Shown piece by piece: positions 52,200-64,000 of a DNA stretch of 64,000 nt. Made by a program: the position numbers and the translations under genes. The DNA is from Isurus oxyrinchus (lineage: Eukaryota): positions 4,278,001 through 4,342,000 of the forward strand of contig JANJGN010000034.1 in NCBI GenBank assembly GCA_026770705.1, in the 5' to 3' direction. The notes under the pieces were generated by a model. The model searched no databases. It worked only from the letters and a program-made list of their open reading frames with translations, and was not told the DNA's origin. Numbering within the stretch: position 1 is the first letter of the stretch; the number at the start of each line of letters is the position of its first letter.

Positions 52200-55100
52200 C
52201 CACATCTCATAGTGAAGGTCATGCAGCTACCGAGTAACCGTTTGTGATTCATCCCCTAGGGCACAAAATTTTCATTCAATTTCAGCTTTCAGAAATGTCA
52301 GCTTTTAGAAAATAAGCTTACTTTTTTATTATTATTATTAATAATATTGCCGAAATATAAAACCTCATTTTCACATATAATAATATTTGTGTCACGTCAT
52401 TGCCAAATCAATTAACCTATCCACGTTATTCTCAAAACTTCCATCCTCATTTGCTTCCTTGGTATACTTAACTTCTTAAACTAACTTTGGTCAGAGAGTT
52501 TAGCAACCATAACTTCATCCAAGTCAGTTATATATATTGCAATATATTCAGGTTCCAGCAATAATACATGTAGCACACCACTCCTAACATCTTGCCAACC
52601 AGAAATTATTAATTTATCTCAAGGTTCTTTCCCCTGCTAGCTAGCCAGTCTTCACTTTATGCCAGATTATTATGCCATACACCAACAGTTTGAATTTTCA
52701 CAAAATCCAATAATATGGCACGTTGTCAAGCACCTCCTGGAAATCTAAGTGCAGTTCATCCACGGGTTCTTTTTTTTTCACTGCACGTTACTTTTTCAAG
52801 GAACTTAAACTGTTTGAACATGATTTCCCTCTCAGAAAAAGGTGTTGAATCTGCCTGATGAGATTAATTTCTCCACATGCCCTGATATAATGTCCTTAAT
52901 AATAGCGCCGAATTGTTTACCTAATGAAGATCTTAATCTAACTGTACAGTCGTTTCCTGCATTCTGTCTCTCTTGTTTTGTAATAAAATAATTACAATCG
53001 CTATTTTCCCATTTCATGGAAGCAGCCAGAATATGGGAAATTTTGGAGCATGAAATACAATGCATTTGGTATGCCATTTAAAACTATAAATTTTAGCGCA
53101 TCAAGGCCGAGGGCCTTGTTATTCCACCGTTCAAATACTTTTTGCAAAAGCACTACCCAGCTGTTTGCAGTTCTTTTCATTAGCTCCCTCCATTGCATTG
53201 GCTGATTTAATGCTATTTCAGGGATATTAGTTGCGGTCACTCTAGTGAAGACGAATGGAAAATACCTCTTCAATTTTACTGTCATCTCCATAATTTCCAT
53301 CTTCAATTCCCCAAACTCGCTTTCTATATTACCGGCGCTAATTTTGCTGAATATTTTCATTTTTTTAAATGCCTATTCGTATTATGTCTTATTTTATATA
53401 TTTCTAGCTAGCCTTTTCTGTTAGTCAATCTTTCGCTCGTTGTTAATCTGTAGTAAATTTTTGCTAACTGATATGTTTTGCTGTTGTCTGCATTGCCACC
53501 CATTCTGGCACAAATATATACTTTGTCTTTAAGATTTATGTTATCTTTAACTATTATTTTAGATATCGACAGAAGGAAGTTCTGCCCTTGGATTTCTTTT
53601 TTCTCCTTAGAATATATCTATTGTGTGTTCTGCGATATCCCTCAACATGCCGGCAAATGTCATTCTATTAAACTAGCCTTCAGCTAATTTTCCAATTCAC
53701 TTTATTGAACTCCGATTTCAGGTGCTCATAACTATTATTTTTAATTCCAAAATATTAGCCTTCGACGCACCTTTCTCTCCATCAAACAGATTGAAAATTC
53801 AGCCGTTTTAGGATCACTAGGGGTACCTTCACAACGAGGTCACTAATTAATACTATCCCGTTGCAATGTACAAGATCCAGCGTAGCAAAATCTCTCGTTG
53901 TTTTCTGAATGTATTTTCGACTTAACTATTCCGAAAACATCCAGGCCCTTGTCATCTAGCTACCTTTGCTCATCTGATTGTACATTCTGTATGCAGACTA
54001 AACTCCCCCATAAATACGGCCGTTACTTTCTGAGAGGGCCACATTATGCCTAACTTTGCACTCTGTCCTACATTGTGGATACGATTAGCGGGCCTGTACA
54101 CCAGTTCTACATGTGACCTATTGTCTTTACCATTTCTCATCTCTGCCCAAACCGTTTCTGCATTCTCATTTCCCAAACTGAAGTCATCCTACGCCTTTGT
54201 GCTAATTCCATCACCAATTAACAGAGCAACCCATCCATCTTTTTCTAGCATCCTTTTGTTCTGGCATCCCGTATAGACTTCAATAGTCTGGTCCAAAACT
54301 GCCTTCCTCCAACTTAATCTCTGTAATGGCTTATGTCTCGTATTTACTTATTTCTATTTGAGCTATTAGTTCATCTGTTTTGTTTCCATTGTACGTGCAT
54401 TCGGATACTCACCATTAATTTTCTCCCTTGATTATTTTGTAACCCCTAGCCATTTAAGGTGCTTTGCAGTTTAACATTCACCTTCTATACTTCTTCCTTT
54501 TGTCTGTTTTGTAATTTCTCGTAATTATACTTTTCTCTCATCCATTGCCAATATAGTTGTATGCACCAGGTCTACTCAAATTTGATAGTTCCTCCGCAAA
54601 ATTAATTTTAACATCTTCTCTACTTCTGTAGTTAGGAGGTTCCCTTGAACATTCGACCCAGCATGATACAGGTCTGGCATTTGCCAATGACACAGCCCAC
54701 AGTTGCCCACATAAATGGACAATTGCTGCCACAATGGTCAGTGAGGCGTGCATTCATTTATTTACTCTCATTTGCTGTATGACAGCCTGAACGTGGCTGA
54801 GGCAATAAACGACTGGTTATTACATTTGCCGTTATTCTTTTAATGTTAGTGATTAGTTCCTGATACTGAATATGCAGAACATGTTTTCTTTTCCTGCCTA
54901 TGCTTTGGTATGCATATATTCCAAAACGACAGGATCCTTCCCCTACCACTCCATGTTCCCTTCCAGCACTACGCAGATGTATCAAACGCAAGCACGGGGT
55001 AGGCTATACAGCCTTCAGGACTCTTGCTCATTTTTGCAGAGAACAGATTCAGCGCACTCGCCATACTGTCTCCATACCAGCTCTGCATTCATTATTTGCT

Positions 55101-55700
55101 CACCCCACTTGTATTGCTTCCTTGACTACTGTGGCGTGGTCTGTCAGCTTATTGCCTGTGAATCAGTTATGCTAAACCAAACAAGGTGAAAGAACTCCAA
55201 ACATGGAGTACAATGCAAAACGTTGAAGATTCCGCACTCTTGCCCTCTGGCTCTGCTTATTTCTTCCTCTATGCTGTATCCTACACTATTGTAACTTTTA
55301 GCCCTGTTCGCCTTTTCGAAATGAGGCATATTGCCTTTATGAGTAATTATCTCTGCCAAAACTTCTTTTGCAAGCTGGTTTATTGAACTAACGTCACATG
55401 TGCCAATTCCGTAATCAATTAACTGACCAACCCCTTTCCTGCCTCACTTTGTAGAACCTTCTTCTCCCTACTAACTAATCTGATCAGAAGGTCCTATCTT
55501 AAAGTGTTTTATCGCTACCACAACTAATTCGCCAGGTTAAATCCCCTGCCCTGATGCACCACAGTATCTTCAGCTCAGCCTCCAGATCAAGGACAATGAG
55601 CTGAAGGTCCTCGGAAAATAAAATCTTATGGAAGAACATCGAGGAGCATTCCCAATCTGCAGCCTTGAGCCGTCAATGTCCTACCATCCTCAATATTTGT
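52200..55700 (-). mobile_element. Decayed CR1-type LINE
   Basis: Minus-strand AETVWAEMRNGK..VELVYRP..VFMGEFSL, LKRYFPFVFT, KALGLD, VRLRSSLGK..IIKDII. Confidence 0.8.
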
Positions 55701-56249
55701 CAATGGAACAATTAAAAGCTTTATTTAGTTAATGGTTTTCCATTCTTATATATCACATGAAAATTTGATTATTGTTTAAAAAATACATAGGAATATCATA
55801 AAGCTTAACAACTTAGCAAATAAATCTCTTGATACTAACCAAACAGTTAGCTCCTTCGCTTTAGGAGACGGACAACCCACCGTATAGCGTTAAAATTTTG
55901 GATAACGCAAAGAAAGGGATTTGCATTCTTTCCACAAGTCCATCCCTCACCCAATTCTCACCGATCTTGTTCACAGTCACGTTCCAGTTCTATTTCGCAA
56001 TGAGAGGCCTGTATCAAATTGCCCTGAAAGGAAAGATTTAACTGAGCCTCAGGTGTATAAAAAAAAAGCATAATTAACATGCATTAGAAAACTAGCTTCA
56101 AATCCGCTCCAATGGATAGCTTGTCTAGGCATTCATAAGCCAGGATGAAATTTAGAAATTAAGCAGTAAATTTCAGTTAGATGTGAAATGTGAAATGCAA
56201 ACCAAGTACAATTTTTAGACAGCCATTAAGTTTCCTTCACTCAATCAAC

Positions 56250-56770
56250 TCCCAGCAACCTTGTTCAAATCACAGTCCAATCTCAGTTTATGGAAAAGTA
56301 TGTATCCCAAAAAGTTTATGCCCCATACTCGCTTCCTCCCCTTCCCCTCACATGAATGAATCTGCTGAAATGCAAAACAGTGGTCAGTCTTTTAAGCCTC
56401 ACTGCGTTCTCTGGTCTTGTTCACACTAGTTGCAAAAACAGAAATCTATTGACTCTCACAAGGGCTCAGGTTCGTCTACTGCACACTTCCAGGCCCATAT
56501 ACCTCCCTTACTTGTTGCCACACCCTCCAATTCTTGCGTAGGTGCCAAATGTGGAATGCATAGCCTAAGCGATATGACCTCGCTCTGGAAAAGTTGCAAA
56601 TGTGACTGTACGATCCTTGAATATTCGCTTGTTCTGAGCTCTGACTCCAGCTGATCACTAGTAGCCGGAATTTCTCGAGCTGAAGTCAATTACTGCAGAT
56701 GCATTTGCCTTGGACACGTTGGCATCCACTATTCACATATGCAATAGCTCCAGCAGATCCTCTTCCCCAC
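56250..56770 (-). mobile_element. CR1 ORF1 N-terminal (zinc finger/leucine zipper) relic
   Basis: Minus-strand QLESELRT..FQSEVIS resembles CR1 ORF1 ELE.EL..LR..F.EVVTP. Confidence 0.5.
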
Positions 56771-58329
56771 CATCTTCGCATTTTTCTTTTTCAAATGACT
56801 TTCAAGCTTCTCATTGCTACTCAACTCTAACCTGCAGTTGTGGCAGATAATTTAACAAGCCTAATAGTCGAGAATCATTTTCAGGTCGCTTGCAGTGACT
56901 TTAAGATAGCAATTATATGATATGGCTGAAGAGGGAAGACCCGAACTCACATCAAACTCAGATGATTTGACAGTTCGCCTGCGATTTCAAGCCTTGGAGA
57001 ATAATAGCTAAGAACTGTGACATTGCTGTCTGTCGAATTTGGGACAGACTGTCTCCCATATCACGTTGGTTTTTAGAAACTGAGACGTAAAGATATACAG
57101 CAATGAGGTGTTCTTTGGCATAAATTACACGGCCCTTTCCTCTTGCTTGAGTGCGAGGAAATGTAGCCTCATTCAACTGTAAATAGGCCTCTTGCCTGAT
57201 ATGCCTGAAACAATGTTCCAACAGTCACTTCAAAGCAAATACTGCAATTGTTTATGCTGAAATTTGTTCTCTATTTTGGGTTGAAGGGATCGCAGAATGC
57301 CTTACGTTATTTAGGGTCAACACAGATCCAAGAATTAGTTCTCTGAGATATCTTTTCTGACAATGGCAACGTTTTCATATTGACGCTGACTAAACAAATG
57401 GTCTCCATGCCATTGATAATGATAGCCAAATTCCGGCTTTGTGTATGCATTCTGTGTCTTTTTTTTTGGTTCTCCCGATCGTTTTGACACCTTTAACAAA
57501 GCAGGACATTAATGTACAAAATGAAGATATGGCTGTTAGTGGCTCGATAATGACAGGGCGTTGGCATTTAATCTACGCAATATTCTGCAGTTCCCATAAC
57601 TTGATTATGTAACTTAAGGATAAGCACACAGAAGATGGTAGAATTCCTGACCAGTAAACTTAGTTAGTTCAGCCTAGAACCTGCTTCCTCTTGGACCAGT
57701 AAGGTGCTTTGCTCGAGTAACTTTGAAATACCTCAAGGCCGTTGTCTCGGAAATTACTTGGGCTAGGGCAGTGCTGCCATTGCTGGTACTCTAATTCGAA
57801 TTAAAAGAAAACTAAACTACAGTGAGCAAACGTTGAGTTCTTTCCAAAATATTTCAAAGACTCCTCTGAAGAAGGGTAACTTGGAGAAATGCTGCAAACT
57901 GTGACCGAGCTCCCCAAGACTTCTGTCGTTGGGAATGCTGCCAGAGACGGCGCTGAAGCTCACCTCTTTGCGCTGATAATTGCACCAGCCAAGTAATGTA
58001 TCCAAGCGGGCAACATTAGGACTGAAGCAGCAACATTACACTAATGTGCTTGCGCTCTCTGAAATTGATCCCAGCCTCCCCTTTGTGCTCAAAACCAAAG
58101 GTCAGTTCAGCATCTTGAACTGAAACTGGCTTCACAGTTTGTAAGCATTGACGTTGCGAGCTTTGCAAATAGCATTTTTACAGACATGATCACCAGCAGT
58201 TTAATTTCATGCTGGCAGTGAGTGAAAGTATGACATTTAGGCAATCATGGAGCGCAACACAAGTCACTCAAAATTCCCATGGCTGCCCTTGTTCCCTAGA
58301 CAGCATTTAGTTATGCATACAGTTAAAAA

Positions 58330-60790
58330 TGATACCTCATCTGGAGAGTTCAGACCGGAGCACAGAGAGTGTCAGGATGCAGGATGCACGGCAAAGGTTT
58401 CCTAGGAAATTGGCACCATTTACAGTAGAGCTGGAACCTGTAAAACCGGAATGGTTTCCATCTCATTGACCGATTTGCTAGTGCTATTGTGAAGGGGAAA
58501 ATCAATTGGAATGGTAACTGGGACTCAATAGTTATAATTACGGAATATATCGAAGTTGCATTAGGAGGCGCAGAAAGGAAAAGCATAAGTATTAGTTGGA
58601 GTCAAGGGTAACGTGATACCTTAAAATTGGAGTGACTCCGCACGTGACGATGTGAGAGAATGTCTGAAAAAAAGGTTGGTGGAACTGAGGGAACAAAAGA
58701 TAGATGCAAATATGATGTTATGGTAAAAACAGGTAATTGGTACAAAGAGAGTTATTTGCTACATACGCCTGAATAAAATGGTGCTCATCAAAGATCTGGA
58801 GGCAATGAATGGTGGAAGATGGCAGTAAAGATTGACATTCCAGAACTAGCGGGAGCCTATATCCTAGTATATTTGAGGACAGCGTTCCTTTTTTCTGCTA
58901 AAGCTAAGGAACAATAAGATCAAGGATCAATCCAGTAACAAAGTATTTTACAGGTGAAGGAGAAACGTGAATTTGTTGAGAACGGATCTGGACTAGGTAA
59001 ATTGGAATCAATTTTTTCCAGTCAGAGCTGAAACCAAACCATTATTCACTTCAAAAATGAAAGAGTTTCTATTTTCTTAAGGGATATTACAAACCTGTCG
59101 AACAATTGTGGTGCAAAATATTGCCGAGCTTCCTAGAATTCCTAAAAGTTAAGAAGCAAAATGAATTAGGAGAAATGCTAAGTGTGCATATTTACAGTTT
59201 CATATTACATTTGAGAATAAGGCTCCCTCGAGATTGTTCAAAGCAGAATTTTCAAAAGCGACAATCAACAAGAGGCAAATATAATCTAATGAGTGTTAAC
59301 ATGAAAGAATATCAAGCTGATTTATTTTGACATGTGAGGAGTAAAAGTGTGATAAAAAGAGGAGGGGTCTCTGTTATTCACAAGTAACGGGTTTTGCATA
59401 TGGCGGCAGGTGACATGACGGACGCATTCATTTATCACTTTGACTTTGCCATGACAGAACATGGTGCCAAAGTCATTGGTTGTAGGGAAGGTGGTTGAAA
59501 GTTGTCATGAGTGTAAAATTATAAAGGAGAGGTATTGCATAGAATGACTTCTCTTCATGTTCATGAAGTTTCCAGGGTTATTTGAGATCAACAAAAGGAT
59601 GCTGAGAGAACGTAGGGTTGTCTACGCAGAGGCACAGGGCATAATTTTACGGCCTCTGTACAGATAATGCCGGCATTGTTGGACATGATCCGAAATTCTA
59701 GATTATGCTATGAGCCTTACAGATTGGGCAGGATCCTATATAATCCAACTCCTTAAGAATGGTGACAAAGGGTAAAATGAGCAACTAAAGCCCTGTTAGC
59801 AAGCCATCAGTAGAAGATGAAACGTTGAAATCCATTGTAACCGTTCTGATAATTGGACTTCAAGAATATTATTATATGGTTAGTCAGCGTCAACATAGAC
59901 ATTTCAAAGGGGAAACTTGTTTGACATACATTAAGTTGAAATAAAATCATTTTCAACCTCCTTGCAAGCATTTTACACAGCGAGGAGCACCGCCCTGCAT
60001 TTCAATTTATGTTATTTGATAGGACTTTTATTAACACACTAAATTTAATGTAAGGACGTATTTAGTAACTTCTTTCGACAGCAATGATAGGAGGAGCCGT
60101 TAATAATATACAATATAATTATAAAGGTTTGTCGGAGCAGATAGACGTGTGGTAAATGCGCATACATCAATGAATGTTGCTTACATGTGAAGAGGACACT
60201 TCGAAAAGCACACATGACCTTCGGCTTTTAAACAGGACCATCGAGTACTGAACCAAGGGAGTGATCATAATTCTGTATAAAAACATTGTTCTGCATTGAC
60301 AGGAGTATTGCGCCCGGTTATGGGTAACACACCTCTGCAAGGTTATGAAGGTATTAGTAAGAGTACAGTAAATGTGATGACAATGGTGCCAGATATCCAG
60401 AACTTCATTTACGTCAACAGGGTGAATAGGCTGGCAACATTCCCTTTGTAGAAGACAAAGTTGAGAGGAGATTTGATTGAGGTATTCAAAATCATGACTG
60501 ATCAGAGCAGATTTGGTACCAATAAACAGTTTCCATTGTAAACGATTTAACATGTTGAGAAGAGAATCACTGTATATGTGTATCCACGTACCTGACCTGT
60601 ATGGAAATGTTTTATTGAATGATGGAGGCAGGTTGAATCGTGGTTCTAAAGTGGGACCCTGGGGTATTTAAACTATATGAAATGGGCGAAAACAGATTTT
60701 CTGTGGTACGCGGAAAGACAAGGCAGTGGAACTTGTTCAATCATTGTTTCTGAGAGCATATACAGGGATGGCTGAATTACGCTTAATTTT
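58330..60790 (+). mobile_element. Decayed CR1-type LINE ORF2 and 3' end
   Basis: Plus-strand remnants colinear with the other CR1 copies (gagaggagatttgattgaggtattcaaaatcatg = RGDLIEVFKIM; gatggctgaat tail). Confidence 0.7.
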
Positions 60791-60971
60791 TTTACATTTT
60801 GTGGTACGATTTCCTCACCTCTTCTATGAGAACGAACGTTGGGAGGTTGTGTAGGTGCAACTGTGAGCGCTGGAGTGTTTCTATCACACTTTGCCAAGTC
60901 AGCCATCCCCCCTACTTCGTATGATTTCCTCCTGCAATATTAGAGCTCATCATTTTGATATTCCTTTTCAG

Positions 60972-61007
60972 AGCTAAGGGATTTGTGGAAAGATACAAAA
61001 GTAAAGG
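60972..61007 (+). CDS. Micro-exon (36 nt, phase 1-1); ELRDLWKDTKVK
   Basis: atattccttttcag|AGCTAA...TAAAGG|gtgaga; EL(K/R)xL start like 23910-23945. Confidence 0.75.
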
Positions 61008-61791
61008 GTGAGAGTAGAGGAAAATTATGGAACTTGTTTTAGCTGTATAATTATTATGTAGCACGAGTCACAAATGCAAAGGTCATTCTCTTTAATTTAT
61101 TTGTTCATTCTAGATTATTGCGTAAGGAGTTGCAAATTTTAAATATATGTGTGAATGGTGAATTGTAAATGTAACAATAACTATATCATTTTGTGAATGG
61201 CCTCCACCTTTAACTTGTGATTTTTCCTTCTGTATAAAAGTTATTATATTACAGCAACTAGCTTTCACCCACAACAGAGCATTGCTGAAATATTTGGAGT
61301 ACCGTACAGCAAACATTTTAAAATAAACATAATGGCTATAAAACCTTGCCCCCACCAACACACACACACCCACGGCCTGTAACCTCCTCCAAGCACAGAA
61401 CCAAACGATAGGCCCACAGTGAATGGAAAATGTCCACTGGAACATTTTCCTTTTTACCTCTTCGAGTATTCCAGCCTTCCACTGCCAGAAATAAAAGAAA
61501 TCTGGATTCCATTCCTAAAATGTTCCTCTTCGCTACTGCCATTAAAACATTCCATAACTAATTTTATGGAACTTTGTGCTTATTGTCCTAAAACCAGCTT
61601 TTATTTTTCGGCATCAGATTCTACTCTGCAATGAGTCTAGCTAGCGAATCGGGACCTTTTCAGGGTAAATGCACCACGTAAATTGTTTTTGAGCGTGTTT
61701 CACATCAATCTGAAAAGGAATCATGCTACTTTTCAACAATTAACTCATGTCAATAATTCCTTATTCTAAAAAAGAACTTTAAACTTCATAG

Positions 61792-61818
61792 ATGCCCAGC
61801 TAGCTGATAATATACAAG
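61792..61818 (+). CDS. Micro-exon (27 nt, phase 1-1); DAQLADNIQ
   Basis: tttaaacttcatag|ATGCCCAGCTAGCTGATAATATACAAG|gtaaga. Confidence 0.7.
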
Positions 61819-63354
61819 GTAAGAAATCGCCAAAGGTGTACTTGATAAAGATGATCAAATTGCAGAACGACACAGCCTAACCTATTTTTCCATCAAGTTT
61901 TAACATGCACCTCACTGCTAGTTTATGAGTGTATCTTTGCTTGTGCCAGGTATGGAAACAGTTCAATGTATTACCATCCTTCCATGAAGCATTATGGCTA
62001 GAAATTCGTCTTGGGTAGTTCAACAAAGTTAGCATTAACTGCTCATTTTGCACCGTGCATGTGATACAGTTCGAACAATCTTAAAAAAAAGAAATAATTT
62101 GAATGAAAGGATAAATCTTCTGCTTTACACTAATGCCATTGAGACTCTATATCATGCCTACCACCTTGGTCTCCGAATTGTACCAACACACTTCCGAGAG
62201 AAATTGATTTAACAAAAAGGGAATTCCCAAAAACTGTTGCTATGATACGCTCAATTGCACTCAAAATCCCAGTTCCATTGACAAGTATGGAAATCAGATA
62301 TATTATTCACCGTGTTCCTACCTTACCTTAGGCGCAATTTAACCTACACAGTGTCTTGTTTTTGCCATATCTCAAAGATCTTAAGCCTGCTTCATGATGA
62401 AGATTGTAATGCCCATGCTTCTCCGACTGCCTTCCACATCCAAAAATTTTCATTCCCACTTCCGAACTCCAACCCTGTAAAATAAATTAAATGCATCTGC
62501 ACAGCCGCTGACTCTGTTATTCAACCTTGTTTTCATACCACCGACTGCACCCCCTCCTTGATATTTTAGAAACTTCGATTCAACTACATTCGTCATTCGC
62601 CCGTATTAACTACAGCCACTCGCCGCTTAATTTCTCTGCAACCACCGCAAATGAATGTGCTCCCTTCACCCGACTACAAGCAACAAGCGCAACTCCAATA
62701 ACCAATGCTACTCTGAATTACAGTCCCAGAAAAGTACACCATCAAAAATGTGTTCTCCCCAAACCCCTTTTACCCATCCCCTATTATGTTACTTGTCTGA
62801 ACTCCAAACCCGCAAACATCCTCTGCAAACCCTGGCTATGGTCCCAACGCAGCACTACCAAGCAACCTCTGTGTAACCGCGCCACCCAACCCCCCCCCCC
62901 CCCCCCCACCCTCCATTCCAGCCATTGTCCATCGTACCCACAACTGGCCATCCACCTAACCACTTGAATAGCCCAACTAGCTCCAACTCCCAGCCCCCAA
63001 ACAACCGTCAGCTACCAACTGCTCAACCCCCATTGAACATCGGACCACGACATCCATCACTTCTTCTGACGATCTGACACTACAACATATGCCTTTTCGT
63101 CCCCCTGCACGTGACAATGTCTACATGACCAGCCTGCAATGATAACCGGAGCTCTGCTGGCATTCACGATTGTCTATTCAGGGCCCTTCAGATGTCCTTC
63201 AATAACCACCAGACTCTCACTCCACTGATCTTACGGCCATAAAAGACAACGGCCTCTAACGAAATTATGTACATTTCTAGCCACTTTGTATAGGTGAAAC
63301 GTATTGTCCTATCCTTTTCAATATGAAGATGGGAGTTATGCTGCATTGTAGAAT

Positions 63355-64000
63355 TATAAAAACAAAGAGAACTGCGGATGCTGGAAATGCAAAACAAAAA
63401 CAGAATTACCTGGAAAAACTCAGCAGGTCTGGCAGCATCGGCGGAGAAGAAAAGAGTTGACGTTTCGAGTCTTCATGACCCTTCGACAGAACTTGATTTC
63501 GAGTCCAGGAAAGAGTTGAAATATAAGTTGGTTTAAGGTGTGTGTGGGGGGGGGGGGGGGGGGGCGCGGAGAGAGAGAGAGAGACAGAGGTGCTTGTGTA
63601 GACAAACAAGCAGTGATAGAAGCAGATCATCAAAAGATGTCAGTGACAATGGGACAAAAGAACACATAGGTGTTAAAGTTAAAGTTGGTGATATTATCTA
63701 AACGAATGTGCTAATTAAGAATGGATGGTAGGGCACTCAAGGTACAGCTCTAGTGGGGGTGGGGGGAGCATAAAAGATTTTAAAATATTTAAAAATAAGT
63801 GGGAAAAGAAAAATCTGTAAAATTTATAGGGAAAAAAAAGGGGAAAAAAAGGGGGGAAACAGAAAGGGGGTGGGGATGGGGGAGGGAGCTCACGACCTAA
63901 AGTTATTGAATTCAATATTCAGACCGGAAGGCTGTAAGGTGCCTAGTCGGAAGATGAGGTGTTGTTCCTCCAGTTTGCGTTGGGCTTCACTGGAACAATG
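63355..64000 (-). mobile_element. Penelope element 3' end, continuing beyond the window
   Basis: Same terminal sequence as 36170 and 39175 (gatgctggaaat..ctggaaaaactcagcaggtctggcagcatc..ttgacgtttcgagtc). Confidence 0.9.

Noticed and set aside
1-64000. Ig/TCR locus (RSS heptamer-nonamer), Ig-domain, B30.2 or C-type lectin exons that would identify the gene
   Set aside because: No paired CACAGTG/ACAAAAACC signals or domain-sized exons were found by eye, so no family or gene symbol is assigned.
1-64000. Prokaryotic systems (CRISPR arrays, operons), rRNA or tRNA genes
   Set aside because: The sequence is intron- and retroelement-rich eukaryotic DNA; no regular repeat-spacer array or intact RNA gene was seen.

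Overview
Eukaryotic, AT-rich, repeat-dense vertebrate DNA. The repeat content (Penelope-like elements, CR1/L2-group LINEs, a Deu-type SINE) suggests a cartilaginous fish; this is inference. None of the supplied ORFs is a convincing host gene; the recognisable ones are decayed transposon fragments. The main signal is invisible to the ORF track. A manual splice-site scan finds about 20 plus-strand micro-exons of 18-36 nt between 2654 and 61818. All are multiples of 3, AG..GT bounded and open in phase 1. They join into a stop-free ~195-aa Cys-punctuated, coiled-coil-like peptide with a duplicated multi-exon module (e.g. MDTLFEKKK / MKTLFEKEN, ~31 kb apart). I do not recognise the gene, and no definite start, stop or globular domain is visible. 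Its introns hold a near-full-length Penelope element with tandem and inverted partial copies and hammerhead-like motifs, several CR1/L2 relics, a PIF/Harbinger transposase relic, microsatellites and two assembly gaps. Exon calls are by eye with no transcript support, and repeat boundaries are approximate.
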